A stretch of 64,000 bases of DNA from Escherichia coli. GTDB lineage: Bacteria; Pseudomonadota; Gammaproteobacteria; Enterobacterales; Enterobacteriaceae. A program made the position numbers and the translations under genes. Positions 26,181 to 36,906 of the stretch are shown here, piece after piece. A model generated the notes under the pieces. The model was not told the DNA's origin, made no database searches, and saw only the letters and a list, made by a program, of their open reading frames with translations. How positions within the stretch are numbered: position 1 is the stretch's first letter; every line of letters begins with the position of its first letter. Location of the stretch: NCBI RefSeq assembly GCF_003334785.1, contig NZ_QOWV01000003.1. One strand, written 5' to 3'.

Positions 26181-28996
26181 ATCGGCTTAAGGAAGCGTGC
26201 CGTGTGTGATGCTTCGCACTCCGCGACGGTTTCTGGCGTACCGGAGACGAGGATCTCGCCGCCACCACTGCCGCCTTCTGGTCCCAGGTCGACAATCCAG
26301 TCAGCGGTTTTGATCACGTCGAGATTGTGCTCAATCACCACAATGGTGTTGCCCTGATCGCGCAGTTTATGCAGTACGTCGAGCAGTTGCTGAATATCGG
26401 CGAAGTGCAGACCGGTGGTCGGCTCGTCGAGAATATACAGCGTCTGCCCGGTGCCGCGTTTTGACAGTTCACGCGCCAGCTTCACGCGCTGGGCTTCACC
26501 GCCTGAAAGGGTGGTTGCGGACTGCCCCAGTCGAATGTACGTCAGGCCAACGTCCATCAACGTTTGCAGCTTACGCGCCAGTGCAGGTACGGCATCAAAG
26601 AACTCACGCGCCTCTTCGATGGTCATATCCAGCACTTCGTGGATGGTTTTGCCTTTGTACTTAATCTCCAGCGTTTCACGGTTATAGCGTTTACCTTTGC
26701 ACTGGTCGCACGGCACGTAGATATCCGGCAGGAAGTGCATCTCCACTTTGATCACGCCATCGCCCTGACAGGCCTCGCAGCGTCCGCCACGAACGTTAAA
26801 GCTGAAACGTCCCGGCGTATAGCCGCGCGCACGGGATTCCGGTACGCCCGCAAACAGTTCGCGCACAGGCGTAAACACGCCGGTATAGGTCGCCGGGTTA
26901 GAACGTGGAGTACGACCAATTGGGCTTTGGTCGATATCGATCACTTTATCGAAATGCTCCAGCCCCTGAATATCGCGATACGGTGCTGGTTCGGCGATGG
27001 TCGCCCCATTCAACTGGCGTTGGGCAATCGGGAACAGTGTGTCGTTAATCAGCGTCGATTTACCGGAACCTGAAACCCCGGTGATGCAGGTAAACAGACC
27101 CACCGGCAGCGTCAGCGTCACGTCCTTCAGGTTGTTGCCGCGTGCGCCTGTCAGCTTCAGCACTTTTTCCGGATTCGCCGGAACGCGTTTCTTCGGCACT
27201 TCAATCTTGCGTTTGCCGCTCATGTACTGCCCGGTCAACGACTCCGGCACCGCCATAATCGCTTCCAGCGGACCTTCTGCGACCACTTCACCGCCGTGAA
27301 CACCTGCGCCCGGGCCAATGTCGATCACATGGTCAGCGGCGCGAATTGCGTCTTCGTCGTGCTCCACCACAATCACGGTATTACCGAGATCGCGCAGATG
27401 GATAAGCGTACCCAACAGGCGCTCGTTATCACGCTGGTGCAGGCCGATAGACGGCTCGTCCAGCACGTACATAACGCCAACCAGGCCCGCACCAATCTGG
27501 CTCGCCAGACGGATACGCTGTGCTTCACCGCCAGAAAGCGTTTCTGCCGAGCGGGAAAGCGTCAGGTAATTCAGGCCGACGTTAACGAGGAATTTCAGAC
27601 GATCGCCGATCTCTTTAAGGATTTTTTCTGCAATCTTCGCCCGCTGACCTGCGAGTTTGAGATTGTTGAAGAATTCCATCGCATGACCAATGCTCATGTC
27701 GGAGATAGCAGGCAGCGGCGTATTCTCGACATACACGTGGCGCGCTTCCCGACGCAGACGCGTCCCTTCGCAGCTGGCGCACGGACGATTACTGATAAAC
27801 TTGGCTAATTCTTCGCGTACCGCGCTGGATTCCGTCTCTTTATAGCGGCGCTCCATATTATGCAGCACGCCTTCGAACGGATGACGACGAATGGAGGTAT
27901 CGCCACGATCGTTCATGTATTTGAATTCAATGTTTTCTTTGCCAGAACCGTACAACACCACTTTATGCACGTTCGCGCTCAGGCTGCCCCACGGCGCTTC
28001 GACGTCGAACTTATAGTGATCTGCCAGCGATTTCAGCATCTGGAAATAATAGAAGTTGCGGCGATCCCAGCCACGGATCGCACCACCAGCCAGCGACAGT
28101 TCCGGATTCTGGATCACTCGATCAGGATCGAAATATTGCTGTACGCCAAGGCCGTCGCAGGTCGGGCAGGCCCCCGCCGGGTTGTTAAACGAAAACAGTC
28201 GCGGCTCCAGTTCACGCATACTGTAGCCGCAAATTGGGCAGGCGAAGTTGGCGGAGAACAGCAGCTCTTCCGCTTTCGGGTCGTCCATATCCGCCACTAC
28301 CGCGGTACCACCGGAAAGCTCCAGCGCGGTTTCAAATGACTCGGCAAGACGTTGGGTAAGATCGTCACGCACCTTGAAGCGATCAACCACCACTTCAATG
28401 GTATGTTTCTTTTGCAGTTCCAGTTTTGGCGGATCGGAAAGATCGCAGACTTCGCCATCAATACGAGCACGGATGTAGCCCTGGCTTGCCAGGTTCTCCA
28501 GCGTTTTGGTGTGTTCGCCTTTGCGCTCTTTAATGATTGGCGCGAGTAGCATCAGACGCTTGCCTTCCGGCTGCGACAGCACGTTATCCACCATCTGGCT
28601 GACGGTTTGCGCCGCCAGCGGGACGTCGTGGTCCGGACAGCGCGGCTCGCCAACGCGGGCGAATAACAAACGCAAATAGTCGTGGATTTCGGTGATTGTC
28701 CCCACCGTAGAACGCGGGTTATGAGACGTCGATTTCTGCTCAATTGAGATGGCAGGAGAAAGCCCCTCAATATGATCGACGTCCGGCTTTTCCATCAGTG
28801 ACAGAAACTGCCGCGCGTAGGCGGAAAGGGATTCAACGTAACGGCGCTGCCCTTCGGCATATAAGGTGTCGAAAGCGAGCGAGGATTTGCCAGAACCCGA
28901 AAGCCCGGTCACGACAATGAGCTTGTCGCGGGGGATAACGAGGTTGATGTTTTTGAGATTATGGGTGCGGGCGCCCCGAACTTCGATCTTATCCAT
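26174..28996 (-). CDS. uvrA: excinuclease ABC subunit A
   Basis: 940-aa [60 protein letters not shown]...; two ABC ATPase modules and zinc-finger cysteines. Confidence 0.97.
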   Translation of the reverse strand: MDKIEVRGARTHNLKNINLVIPRDKLIVVTGLSGSGKSSLAFDTLYAEGQRRYVESLSAYARQFLSLMEKPDVDHIEGLSPAISIEQKSTSHNPRSTVGTITEIHDYLRLLFARVGEPRCPDHDVPLAAQTVSQMVDNVLSQPEGKRLMLLAPIIKERKGEHTKTLENLASQGYIRARIDGEVCDLSDPPKLELQKKHTIEVVVDRFKVRDDLTQRLAESFETALELSGGTAVVADMDDPKAEELLFSANFACPICGYSMRELEPRLFSFNNPAGACPTCDGLGVQQYFDPDRVIQNPELSLAGGAIRGWDRRNFYYFQMLKSLADHYKFDVEAPWGSLSANVHKVVLYGSGKENIEFKYMNDRGDTSIRRHPFEGVLHNMERRYKETESSAVREELAKFISNRPCASCEGTRLRREARHVYVENTPLPAISDMSIGHAMEFFNNLKLAGQRAKIAEKILKEIGDRLKFLVNVGLNYLTLSRSAETLSGGEAQRIRLASQIGAGLVGVMYVLDEPSIGLHQRDNERLLGTLIHLRDLGNTVIVVEHDEDAIRAADHVIDIGPGAGVHGGEVVAEGPLEAIMAVPESLTGQYMSGKRKIEVPKKRVPANPEKVLKLTGARGNNLKDVTLTLPVGLFTCITGVSGSGKSTLINDTLFPIAQRQLNGATIAEPAPYRDIQGLEHFDKVIDIDQSPIGRTPRSNPATYTGVFTPVRELFAGVPESRARGYTPGRFSFNVRGGRCEACQGDGVIKVEMHFLPDIYVPCDQCKGKRYNRETLEIKYKGKTIHEVLDMTIEEAREFFDAVPALARKLQTLMDVGLTYIRLGQSATTLSGGEAQRVKLARELSKRGTGQTLYILDEPTTGLHFADIQQLLDVLHKLRDQGNTIVVIEHNLDVIKTADWIVDLGPEGGSGGGEILVSGTPETVAECEASHTARFLKPML

Positions 28997-29081
28997 TCAC
29001 CTTTCCCGGATTAAACGCTTTTTTGCCCGGTGGCATGGTGCTACCGGCGATCACAAACGGTTAATTATGACACAAATTGAC

Positions 29082-29097
29082 CTGAATGAATATACAG
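29082..29097. promoter_or_regulatory. LexA operator shared by divergent uvrA and ssb promoters
   Basis: ctgaatgaatatacag = CTGT-N8-ACAG palindrome class, located between the uvrA and ssb starts. Confidence 0.85.
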
Positions 29098-29249
29098 TAT
29101 TGGAATGCATTACCCGGAGTGTTGTGTAACAATGTCTGGCCAGGTTTGTTTCCCGGAACCGAGGTCACAACATAGTAAAAGCGCTATTGGTAATGGTACA
29201 ATCGCGCGTTTACACTTATTCAGAACGATTTTTTTCAGGAGACACGAAC

Positions 29250-29786
29250 ATGGCCAGCAGAGGCGTAAACAAGGTTATTCTCGTTGGTAATCTGGGTCAG
29301 GACCCGGAAGTACGCTACATGCCAAATGGTGGCGCAGTTGCCAACATTACGCTGGCTACTTCCGAATCCTGGCGTGATAAAGCGACCGGCGAGATGAAAG
29401 AACAGACTGAATGGCACCGCGTTGTGCTGTTCGGCAAACTGGCAGAAGTGGCGAGCGAATATCTGCGTAAAGGTTCTCAGGTTTATATCGAAGGTCAGCT
29501 GCGTACCCGTAAATGGACCGATCAATCCGGTCAGGATCGCTACACCACAGAAGTCGTGGTGAACGTTGGCGGCACCATGCAGATGCTGGGTGGTCGTCAG
29601 GGTGGTGGCGCTCCGGCAGGTGGCAATATCGGTGGTGGTCAGCCGCAGGGCGGTTGGGGTCAGCCTCAGCAGCCGCAGGGTGGCAATCAGTTCAGCGGCG
29701 GCGCGCAGTCTCGCCCGCAGCAGTCCGCTCCGGCAGCGCCGTCTAACGAGCCGCCGATGGACTTTGATGATGACATTCCGTTCTGA
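29250..29786 (+). CDS. ssb: single-stranded DNA-binding protein
   Basis: ORF 29187-29786; start placed at ATG 29250 ([36 protein letters not shown]...) giving 178 aa; Gly/Gln-rich linker and acidic tail DFDDDIPF. Confidence 0.95.
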   Translation: MASRGVNKVILVGNLGQDPEVRYMPNGGAVANITLATSESWRDKATGEMKEQTEWHRVVLFGKLAEVASEYLRKGSQVYIEGQLRTRKWTDQSGQDRYTTEVVVNVGGTMQMLGGRQGGGAPAGGNIGGGQPQGGWGQPQQPQGGNQFSGGAQSRPQQSAPAAPSNEPPMDFDDDIPF

Positions 29787-29850
29787 TTTGTCATTAAAAC
29801 AATAGGTTATATTGTTTTAAGGTGGATGATTAAAGCATCTGCCAGCCATA

Positions 29851-29879
29851 AAAAAGAAGCCTCCGTTATGGAGGCTTCT
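29851..29879. terminator. bidirectional terminator hairpin between ssb and yjcB
   Basis: aaaaaagaagcctccgttatggaggcttc: stem gaagcctcc/ggaggcttc preceded by A6. Confidence 0.7.
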
Positions 29880-29884
29880 ACGTA

Positions 29885-30166
29885 TCAGGTCAAAATCATT
29901 GGCCATTGTGGCGGTGTCTGATTCATCTCTTCTATCATCACCGACTCGATGTTGTGCCAGATAGCGGTGATGTCCGCCATTGTGATGCCAAGCAACCCCA
30001 TTGCGAACCAACAGGCGGAAACAACGCCCAGACCGCTGCTGATCACCGCAAGCCCGACATAATCAGACCGACGAAAACGGATGTTGAGTGTGCTGGCCAG
30101 AAACATCATTACGGCACTAAGAAGTTGCCAGCGAAGAAGAACCACGCCAGTGGTGAGGGTAGCCAT
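29885..30166 (-). CDS. yjcB: small inner membrane protein
   Basis: ORF 29885-30265; start placed at internal ATG (MATLTTGVVLLRWQLLSAVMMFLAST...) giving 93 aa. Confidence 0.7.
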   Translation of the reverse strand: MATLTTGVVLLRWQLLSAVMMFLASTLNIRFRRSDYVGLAVISSGLGVVSACWFAMGLLGITMADITAIWHNIESVMIEEMNQTPPQWPMILT

Positions 30167-30595
30167 CAAACAATTCCTCTGAAAAGAGCCGATGCCCTGG
30201 ACAGCGCGGCGTTGTTCACGGGAGGCGTGGTACACTCTGGCTATCGCGGGGCTTGCAGAACACAAAAATGAAACACTCTGTTTGTTTCATTAATTTTGTG
30301 AACTATATCACAATTGATTGTTTGTTAGCCATATTAGGCCGTGACTTTTATTGCTGTACAGATTATGTGGTTTTTCAGTGGCATTAAGGGCATATCTTCC
30401 CGCCGCCTCTGCATTCCTGTAGGAAATTAATTTTGAATATCAATGAATTATTTTCATCCAGGTGACGATTAGAAAGGTATCAATTTCAAATCAGGCAAAA
30501 GTGCTATTTATACCGTAAGATTTATCTAAAGACGTCGGTACCCAGGGTTTTCACCTTGCAATGGCCGGGTATAAACAGGCAGGAAATTGATAGCA

Positions 30596-32182
30596 ATGAG
30601 TCATCGTGCACGACACCAATTACTGGCGTTGCCGGGCATTATCTTTTTAGTTCTCTTTCCCATCATTCTTTCGCTATGGATTGCCTTCCTTTGGGCAAAA
30701 TCAGAAGTGAATAATCAGCTCCGAACCTTTGCTCAACTGGCACTGGATAAATCCGAGCTGGTCATTCGCCAGGCAGATTTAGTGAGCGATGCAGCTGAAC
30801 GCTATCAGGGGCAAGTTTGCACTCCAGCCCATCAAAAGCGAATGTTGAATATTATTCGTGGCTATCTTTATATTAATGAATTGATCTATGCCCGTGATAA
30901 CCATTTTTTATGCTCATCGCTGATAGCGCCTGTAAACGGCTATACGATTGCACCGGCCGATTATAAGCGTGAACCTAACGTTTCTATCTATTATTACCGC
31001 GATACGCCTTTTTTCTCTGGCTATAAAATGACCTATATGCAGCGGGGAAATTATGTGGCGGTTATCAACCCTCTCTTCTGGAGTGAAGTGATGTCTGATG
31101 ACCCGACATTGCAATGGGGTGTGTATGATACGGTGACGAAAACCTTTTTCTCGTTAAGCAAAGAGGCCTCGGCAGCAACGTTTTCTCCGCTGATTCATTT
31201 GAAGGATTTAACCGTACAAAGAAATGGCTATTTATATGCGACAGTTTATTCGACAAAACGCCCAATTGCAGCCATTGTTGCGACTTCATATCAACGTCTT
31301 ATAACCCATTTTTATAATCATCTTATTTTTGCGTTGCCCGCCGGTATTTTGGGGAGTCTTGTTCTGCTATTACTCTGGCTACGTATTCGACAAAACTATT
31401 TATCTCCCAAACGTAAATTGCAACGCGCCCTCGAAAAACATCAACTTTGTCTTTATTACCAGCCAATAATCGATATCAAAACAGAAAAATGTATCGGCGC
31501 TGAAGCGTTGTTACGTTGGCCTGGTGAGCAGGGGCAAATAATGAATCCGGCAGAGTTTATTCCGCTGGCAGAAAAGGAGGGGATGATAGAACAGATAACT
31601 GATTATGTTATTGATAATGTCTTCCGCGATCTGGGCGATTACCTGGCAACACATGCAGATCGCTATGTTTCTATTAACCTGTCGGCCTCCGATTTTCATA
31701 CGTCACGGTTGATAGCGCGAATCAATCAGAAAACAGAGCAATACGCGGTGCGTCCGCAGCAAATTAAATTTGAAGTGACTGAGCATGCATTTCTTGATGT
31801 TGACAAAATGACGCCGATTATTCTGGCTTTCCGCCAGGCAGGTTACGAAGTGGCAATTGATGATTTTGGTATTGGCTACTCTAACTTGCATAACCTTAAA
31901 TCATTGAATGTCGATATTTTGAAAATCGACAAATCGTTTGTTGAAACGCTGACCACCCACAAAACCAGTCATTTGATTGCGGAACACATCATCGAGCTGG
32001 CGCACAGCCTGGGGTTAAAAACGATCGCTGAAGGCGTCGAAACTGAGGAGCAGGTTAACTGGCTGCGCAAACGCGGCGTGCGCTATTGCCAGGGATGGTT
32101 CTTTGCGAAGGCGATGCCGCCGCAGGTGTTTATGCAATGGATGGAGCAATTACCCGCGCGGGAGTTAACGCGCGGGCAATAA
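30596..32182 (+). CDS. pdeC: c-di-GMP phosphodiesterase with periplasmic sensor domain and EAL domain
   Basis: ORF 30587-32182; start placed at ATG 30596 ([26 protein letters not shown]...) giving 528 aa; C-terminal EAL-domain motifs ([14 protein letters not shown]). Confidence 0.9.
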
Positions 32183-32184
32183 AA

Positions 32185-32508
32185 TTACAGGCGGTGGCGA
32201 TAATCGCTGGGAGTGCGATCAAACTGCCGACGGAAAACGCGGGAGAAGGTCTGCTGCGAGACATAACCCAGGTCCATTGCGATATCAAAAATCGGACGCT
32301 CGGTGGTGCGCAACTCAACGGCGGCCAGTAACAGGCGGCGTTGGCGAATGTAATCGCCAAGCGTCTGATGCGTCACCGTGCGGAACATTCGTTGCAAGTA
32401 CCACTTTGAATAGCCTGATTTTTTTGCGACTACATCAATGTTAAGCGGCTGGTCAATATGCTCGTCAATCCATGCGATAAGATCCTGAATAATTTTCTGA
32501 TGGGACAT
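32185..32508 (-). CDS. soxS: AraC-family superoxide response transcriptional activator
   Basis: 107-aa ORF MSHQKIIQDLIAWIDEHIDQPLNIDVVAKKSGYSKWYLQRMFR... Confidence 0.95.
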   Translation of the reverse strand: MSHQKIIQDLIAWIDEHIDQPLNIDVVAKKSGYSKWYLQRMFRTVTHQTLGDYIRQRRLLLAAVELRTTERPIFDIAMDLGYVSQQTFSRVFRRQFDRTPSDYRHRL

Positions 32509-32564
32509 AAATCTGCCTCTTTTCAGTGTTCAGTTCGTTAATTCATCTGTTGGGGAGTATAATT

Positions 32565-32582
32565 CCTCAAGTTAACTTGAGG
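32565..32582. promoter_or_regulatory. SoxR operator in the soxS promoter (divergent soxS/soxR control region)
   Basis: Perfect 18-bp palindrome cctcaagttaacttgagg between soxS and soxR starts. Confidence 0.85.
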
Positions 32583-32593
32583 TAAAGCGATTT

Positions 32594-33058
32594 ATGGAAA
32601 AGAAATTACCCCGCATTAAAGCGCTGCTAACCCCCGGCGAAGTGGCGAAACGCAGCGGTGTGGCGGTATCGGCGCTGCATTTCTATGAAAGTAAAGGGTT
32701 GATTACCAGTATCCGTAACAGCGGCAATCAGCGGCGATATAAACGTGATGTGTTGCGATATGTTGCAATTATCAAAATTGCTCAGCGTATTGGCATTCCG
32801 CTGGCGACCATTGGTGAAGCGTTTGGCGTGTTGCCCGAAGGGCATACGTTAAGTGCGAAAGAGTGGAAACAGCTTTCGTCCCAATGGCGAGAAGAGTTGG
32901 ATCGGCGCATTCATACCTTAGTGGCGCTGCGTGACGAACTGGACGGATGTATTGGTTGTGGCTGCCTTTCGCGCAGTGATTGCCCGTTGCGTAACCCGGG
33001 CGACCGCTTAGGAGAAGAAGGTACCGGCGCACGCTTGCTGGAAGATGAACAAAACTAA
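32594..33058 (+). CDS. soxR: MerR-family redox-sensing regulator with 2Fe-2S cluster
   Basis: 154-aa [39 protein letters not shown]...; [12 protein letters not shown] cluster-binding motif. Confidence 0.95.
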   Translation: MEKKLPRIKALLTPGEVAKRSGVAVSALHFYESKGLITSIRNSGNQRRYKRDVLRYVAIIKIAQRIGIPLATIGEAFGVLPEGHTLSAKEWKQLSSQWREELDRRIHTLVALRDELDGCIGCGCLSRSDCPLRNPGDRLGEEGTGARLLEDEQN

Positions 33059-33191
33059 AGCGCCACAAGGGCGCTTTAGTTTGTTTTCCGGTCTTTGTCT
33101 TTCTCTCTATCCCGCTGGTACACAGGAGGGTTTCCCCCGACGTCAACACACCTCATTCGAGCACGTGGTGGAGGTTCCGGTTGGTGTTGAT
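33052..33191 (-). ncRNA. ryjA: possible small RNA RyjA (placement approximate)
   Basis: Recalled from K-12 annotation as a ~140-nt sRNA antisense to the soxR 3' end; the only sequence support is the bidirectional terminator hairpin at 33056-33086. Confidence 0.3.
33056..33086. terminator. bidirectional terminator hairpin at the soxR 3' end
   Basis: ctaaagcgccacaagggcgctttagtttgtttt: stem ctaaagcgcc/ggcgctttag; T-rich tail on plus, TTTTGTT on minus. Confidence 0.7.
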
Positions 33192-33603
33192 GCTTTAATT
33201 GTATGTCACCGACGTTTCTTCGCCAGTGTAAAAGTATACTTTTTAACCGCAATATTTTTGTCATCTCAGACGATTTTTTATCGCAATCCTGAACGGTATA
33301 CGGCTCGATAACGCTGCAATCTTGCGCACCGACGATAACGTTTGCGCATCAATTGCCTGGTTTTTCATCGTCAAGACAATAAAAGAGAAAAAAGCAGCAA
33401 ACTTCGGTTGAAAAAGCCGCTATGATCGCCGGATAATCGTTTGCTTTTTTTACCACCCGTTTTGTATGCGCGGAGCTAAACGTTTGCTTTTTTGCGACGC
33501 AGCAAATTGTCGCAAACCTGGAGCAGGAAGATAACGTTTCGCTGGCAGGGGATTGTCCGCCACGCATCTTGACGAAAATTAAACTCTCAGGGGATGTTTT
33601 CTT

Positions 33604-34953
33604 ATGTCTACGCCATCAGCGCGTACCGGCGGTTCACTCGACGCCTGGTTTAAAATTTCACAACGTGGAAGCACTGTCCGTCAGGAAGTGGTTGCCGGGT
33701 TAACAACGTTTCTGGCGATGGTCTACTCGGTCATCGTCGTTCCAGGTATGTTGGGTAAAGCAGGCTTCCCGCCTGCGGCAGTTTTCGTTGCAACCTGTCT
33801 GGTTGCCGGACTCGGTTCTATCGTGATGGGTCTGTGGGCTAATCTGCCGTTGGCGATTGGTTGCGCCATCTCCCTGACAGCGTTTACCGCATTCAGCCTG
33901 GTGCTGGGGCAACATATTAGCGTACCTGTCGCGCTGGGTGCCGTGTTCCTGATGGGTGTGCTGTTTACGGTAATTTCTGCCACGGGTATCCGTAGCTGGA
34001 TTTTGCGCAACTTGCCTCACGGTGTGGCGCACGGCACGGGGATTGGTATCGGTCTGTTCCTGCTGCTCATTGCCGCTAACGGTGTCGGTCTGGTGATTAA
34101 AAACCCGCTTGATGGTCTGCCCGTTGCGCTGGGTGATTTCGCGACCTTCCCGGTGATTATGTCACTGGTAGGTCTGGCGGTGATCATCGGCCTGGAAAAA
34201 CTGAAAGTCCCTGGTGGCATTCTGCTGACCATTATCGGTATCTCAATTGTCGGTTTGATCTTCGATCCTAACGTCCATTTCTCCGGCGTTTTCGCCATGC
34301 CTTCATTGAGCGATGAAAACGGCAATTCACTGATTGGCAGCCTGGACATTATGGGCGCGCTGAATCCTGTAGTCCTGCCAAGCGTTCTGGCGCTGGTGAT
34401 GACGGCAGTATTTGATGCCACCGGAACTATCCGTGCCGTCGCCGGCCAGGCGAACCTGCTGGATAAAGATGGGCAGATCATCGACGGTGGGAAAGCACTG
34501 ACCACTGACTCCATGAGCAGCGTTTTCTCTGGCCTGGTGGGTGCGGCTCCGGCAGCGGTATACATCGAGTCTGCGGCGGGTACGGCGGCGGGCGGTAAAA
34601 CCGGTTTGACGGCTATCACCGTTGGCGTGCTGTTCCTCCTGATTCTGTTCCTCTCTCCGCTCTCTTACCTCGTTCCGGGGTATGCAACGGCTCCGGCGCT
34701 GATGTACGTTGGCCTGCTGATGCTGAGCAACGTGGCGAAAATCGACTTTGCTGATTTTGTTGATGCGATGGCGGGTCTGGTTACGGCTGTATTCATCGTG
34801 CTGACCTGTAACATCGTAACAGGCATCATGATCGGCTTCGCGACTCTGGTGATTGGTCGTCTGGTTTCCGGCGAATGGCGCAAGTTGAACATCGGTACGG
34901 TCGTTATCGCCGTGGCGCTGGTGACCTTCTATGCGGGTGGCTGGGCTATCTAA
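33604..34953 (+). CDS. ghxP: guanine/hypoxanthine permease (NCS2/AzgA family)
   Basis: 449-aa polytopic [45 protein letters not shown]... Confidence 0.9.
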
Positions 34954-34976
34954 TCTTTCATCGGATTCTGAAAACG

Positions 34977-35006
34977 GGTGGCAATGGCTGCCCGTTTTTA
35001 TTTTCT
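34977..35006 (+). terminator. putative terminator after ghxP
   Basis: aaaacgggtggcaatggctgcccgtttttatttt: short stem acggg/cccgt flanked by A-run and T-run. Confidence 0.55.
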
Positions 35007-35103
35007 CCGCACATTGTGTGAGCTTTTGCGATATTCTGAAAAAATGAGAATTCAGGCATAACGTCTTTCTCAGATCATAAAAAACATCGCAAACAGGGAA
35101 CGC

Positions 35104-36753
35104 ATGGAAATCTTCTTCACCATACTGATAATGACCCTCGTGGTCTCGCTGTCCGGGGTGGTCACTCGTGTCATGCCCTTTCAGATCCCGCTTCCGCTTA
35201 TGCAAATCGCCATCGGTGCGCTACTGGCGTGGCCGACGTTTGGTTTGCATGTGGAGTTTGATCCTGAACTCTTTTTAGTCTTGTTTATCCCGCCGTTGCT
35301 GTTCGCTGATGGCTGGAAAACGCCGACCCGTGAATTTCTCGAACATGGTCGAGAGATTTTCGGCCTCGCGCTGGCGCTGGTGGTGGTCACCGTGGTCGGC
35401 ATTGGCTTCCTTATTTACTGGGTGGTGCCGGGCATTCCGCTGATCCCTGCCTTTGCGCTGGCGGCGGTGCTTTCTCCGACCGATGCTGTGGCGCTCTCCG
35501 GGATTGTTGGCGAAGGGCGCATCCCGAAAAAAATCATGGGCATTTTGCAGGGCGAAGCGTTGATGAATGACGCCTCCGGTCTGGTGTCGTTGAAGTTTGC
35601 CGTAGCAGTGGCGATGGGGACGATGATCTTCACCGTCGGCGGTGCGACGGTCGAATTTATGAAAGTAGCCATTGGCGGTATTCTCGCCGGTTTTGTGGTG
35701 AGCTGGCTGTACGGTCGCTCGCTGCGATTCCTCAGCCGCTGGGGCGGTGATGAACCCGCGACGCAGATCGTCCTGCTGTTCCTGCTGCCATTCGCTTCTT
35801 ATCTGATTGCCGAACATATTGGCGTTTCCGGCATCCTCGCTGCGGTTGCCGCCGGGATGACCATCACCCGCTCCGGTGTGATGCGCCGTGCGCCGCTGGC
35901 AATGCGCCTGCGTGCAAACAGCACCTGGGCGATGCTGGAATTTGTCTTTAACGGCATGGTGTTCCTGCTGTTAGGTCTGCAGCTGCCGGGTATTCTGGAG
36001 ACGTCGCTGATGGCAGCAGAAATCGACCCTAACGTCGAAATCTGGATGCTGTTTACCGATATTATTCTGATATATGCGGCGCTGATGCTGGTCCGTTTCG
36101 GCTGGCTGTGGACGATGAAAAAGTTCAGCAACCGCTTCCTGAAGAAGAAGCCGATGGAGTTTGGTTCGTGGACCACACGAGAAATCCTGATCGCGTCTTT
36201 CGCCGGGGTGCGTGGGGCGATCACTCTGGCCGGTGTGCTCTCTATCCCGCTGCTCTTGCCGGATGGTAACGTCTTCCCGGCGCGCTATGAGCTGGTGTTC
36301 CTGGCGGCTGGCGTCATTCTCTTCTCGCTGTTTGTCGGCGTGGTGATGTTGCCTATTCTGCTACAACACATTGAAGTCGCGGATCATTCGCAACAATTGA
36401 AAGAGGAACGTATTGCGCGAGCGGCAACGGCAGAAGTGGCGATTGTGGCGATCCAGAAAATGGAGGAGCGTCTGGCGGCGGATACCGAAGAGAATATCGA
36501 TAACCAGCTGCTTACGGAGGTCAGTTCTCGCGTCATTGGTAACCTGCGTCGTCGCGCCGATGGACGTAACGACGTTGAAAGTTCCGTGCAGGAAGAGAAC
36601 CTTGAGCGTCGCTTCCGTCTGGCGGCATTGCGTTCTGAACGTGCTGAACTTTACCACCTGCGCGCCACACGGGAGATCAGCAACGAAACGCTGCAAAAAT
36701 TACTGCACGATCTCGATTTGCTTGAAGCGTTGCTAATTGAGGAAAATCAGTAA
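35104..36753 (+). CDS. yjcE: putative Na+/H+ or K+/H+ exchanger (CPA1 family)
   Basis: 549-aa polytopic ORF MEIFFTILIMTLVVSLSGVVTRVMPFQIPLPLMQ... with cytoplasmic C-terminal coiled region. Confidence 0.9.
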   Translation: MEIFFTILIMTLVVSLSGVVTRVMPFQIPLPLMQIAIGALLAWPTFGLHVEFDPELFLVLFIPPLLFADGWKTPTREFLEHGREIFGLALALVVVTVVGIGFLIYWVVPGIPLIPAFALAAVLSPTDAVALSGIVGEGRIPKKIMGILQGEALMNDASGLVSLKFAVAVAMGTMIFTVGGATVEFMKVAIGGILAGFVVSWLYGRSLRFLSRWGGDEPATQIVLLFLLPFASYLIAEHIGVSGILAAVAAGMTITRSGVMRRAPLAMRLRANSTWAMLEFVFNGMVFLLLGLQLPGILETSLMAAEIDPNVEIWMLFTDIILIYAALMLVRFGWLWTMKKFSNRFLKKKPMEFGSWTTREILIASFAGVRGAITLAGVLSIPLLLPDGNVFPARYELVFLAAGVILFSLFVGVVMLPILLQHIEVADHSQQLKEERIARAATAEVAIVAIQKMEERLAADTEENIDNQLLTEVSSRVIGNLRRRADGRNDVESSVQEENLERRFRLAALRSERAELYHLRATREISNETLQKLLHDLDLLEALLIEENQ

Positions 36754-36790
36754 GCCGAAAGCGACGTAACCAGGCCCGAGGTAATCTGAA

Positions 36791-36814
36791 AAAGGTGCAA
36801 TCTTTTGCACCTTT
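36791..36814. terminator. bidirectional terminator hairpin between convergent yjcE and yjcF
   Basis: aaaggtgcaatcttttgcaccttt: stem aaaggtgcaa/ttgcaccttt. Confidence 0.65.
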
Positions 36815-36906
36815 AACAGGTTAGCTCGGGCTAACATTCATGATTCTAAAACAAATAAGTTATCTCTCTTTTAAAGTCAATTCATTGGCTGTTCTTCGAC
36901 TTAACC

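Noticed and set aside
34327-35205. 292-aa minus-strand ORF spanning ghxP 3' end and yjcE 5' end
   Set aside because: Antisense to two strongly supported membrane-protein genes and crosses their intergenic terminator; His/Arg/Gln-rich low-complexity product.
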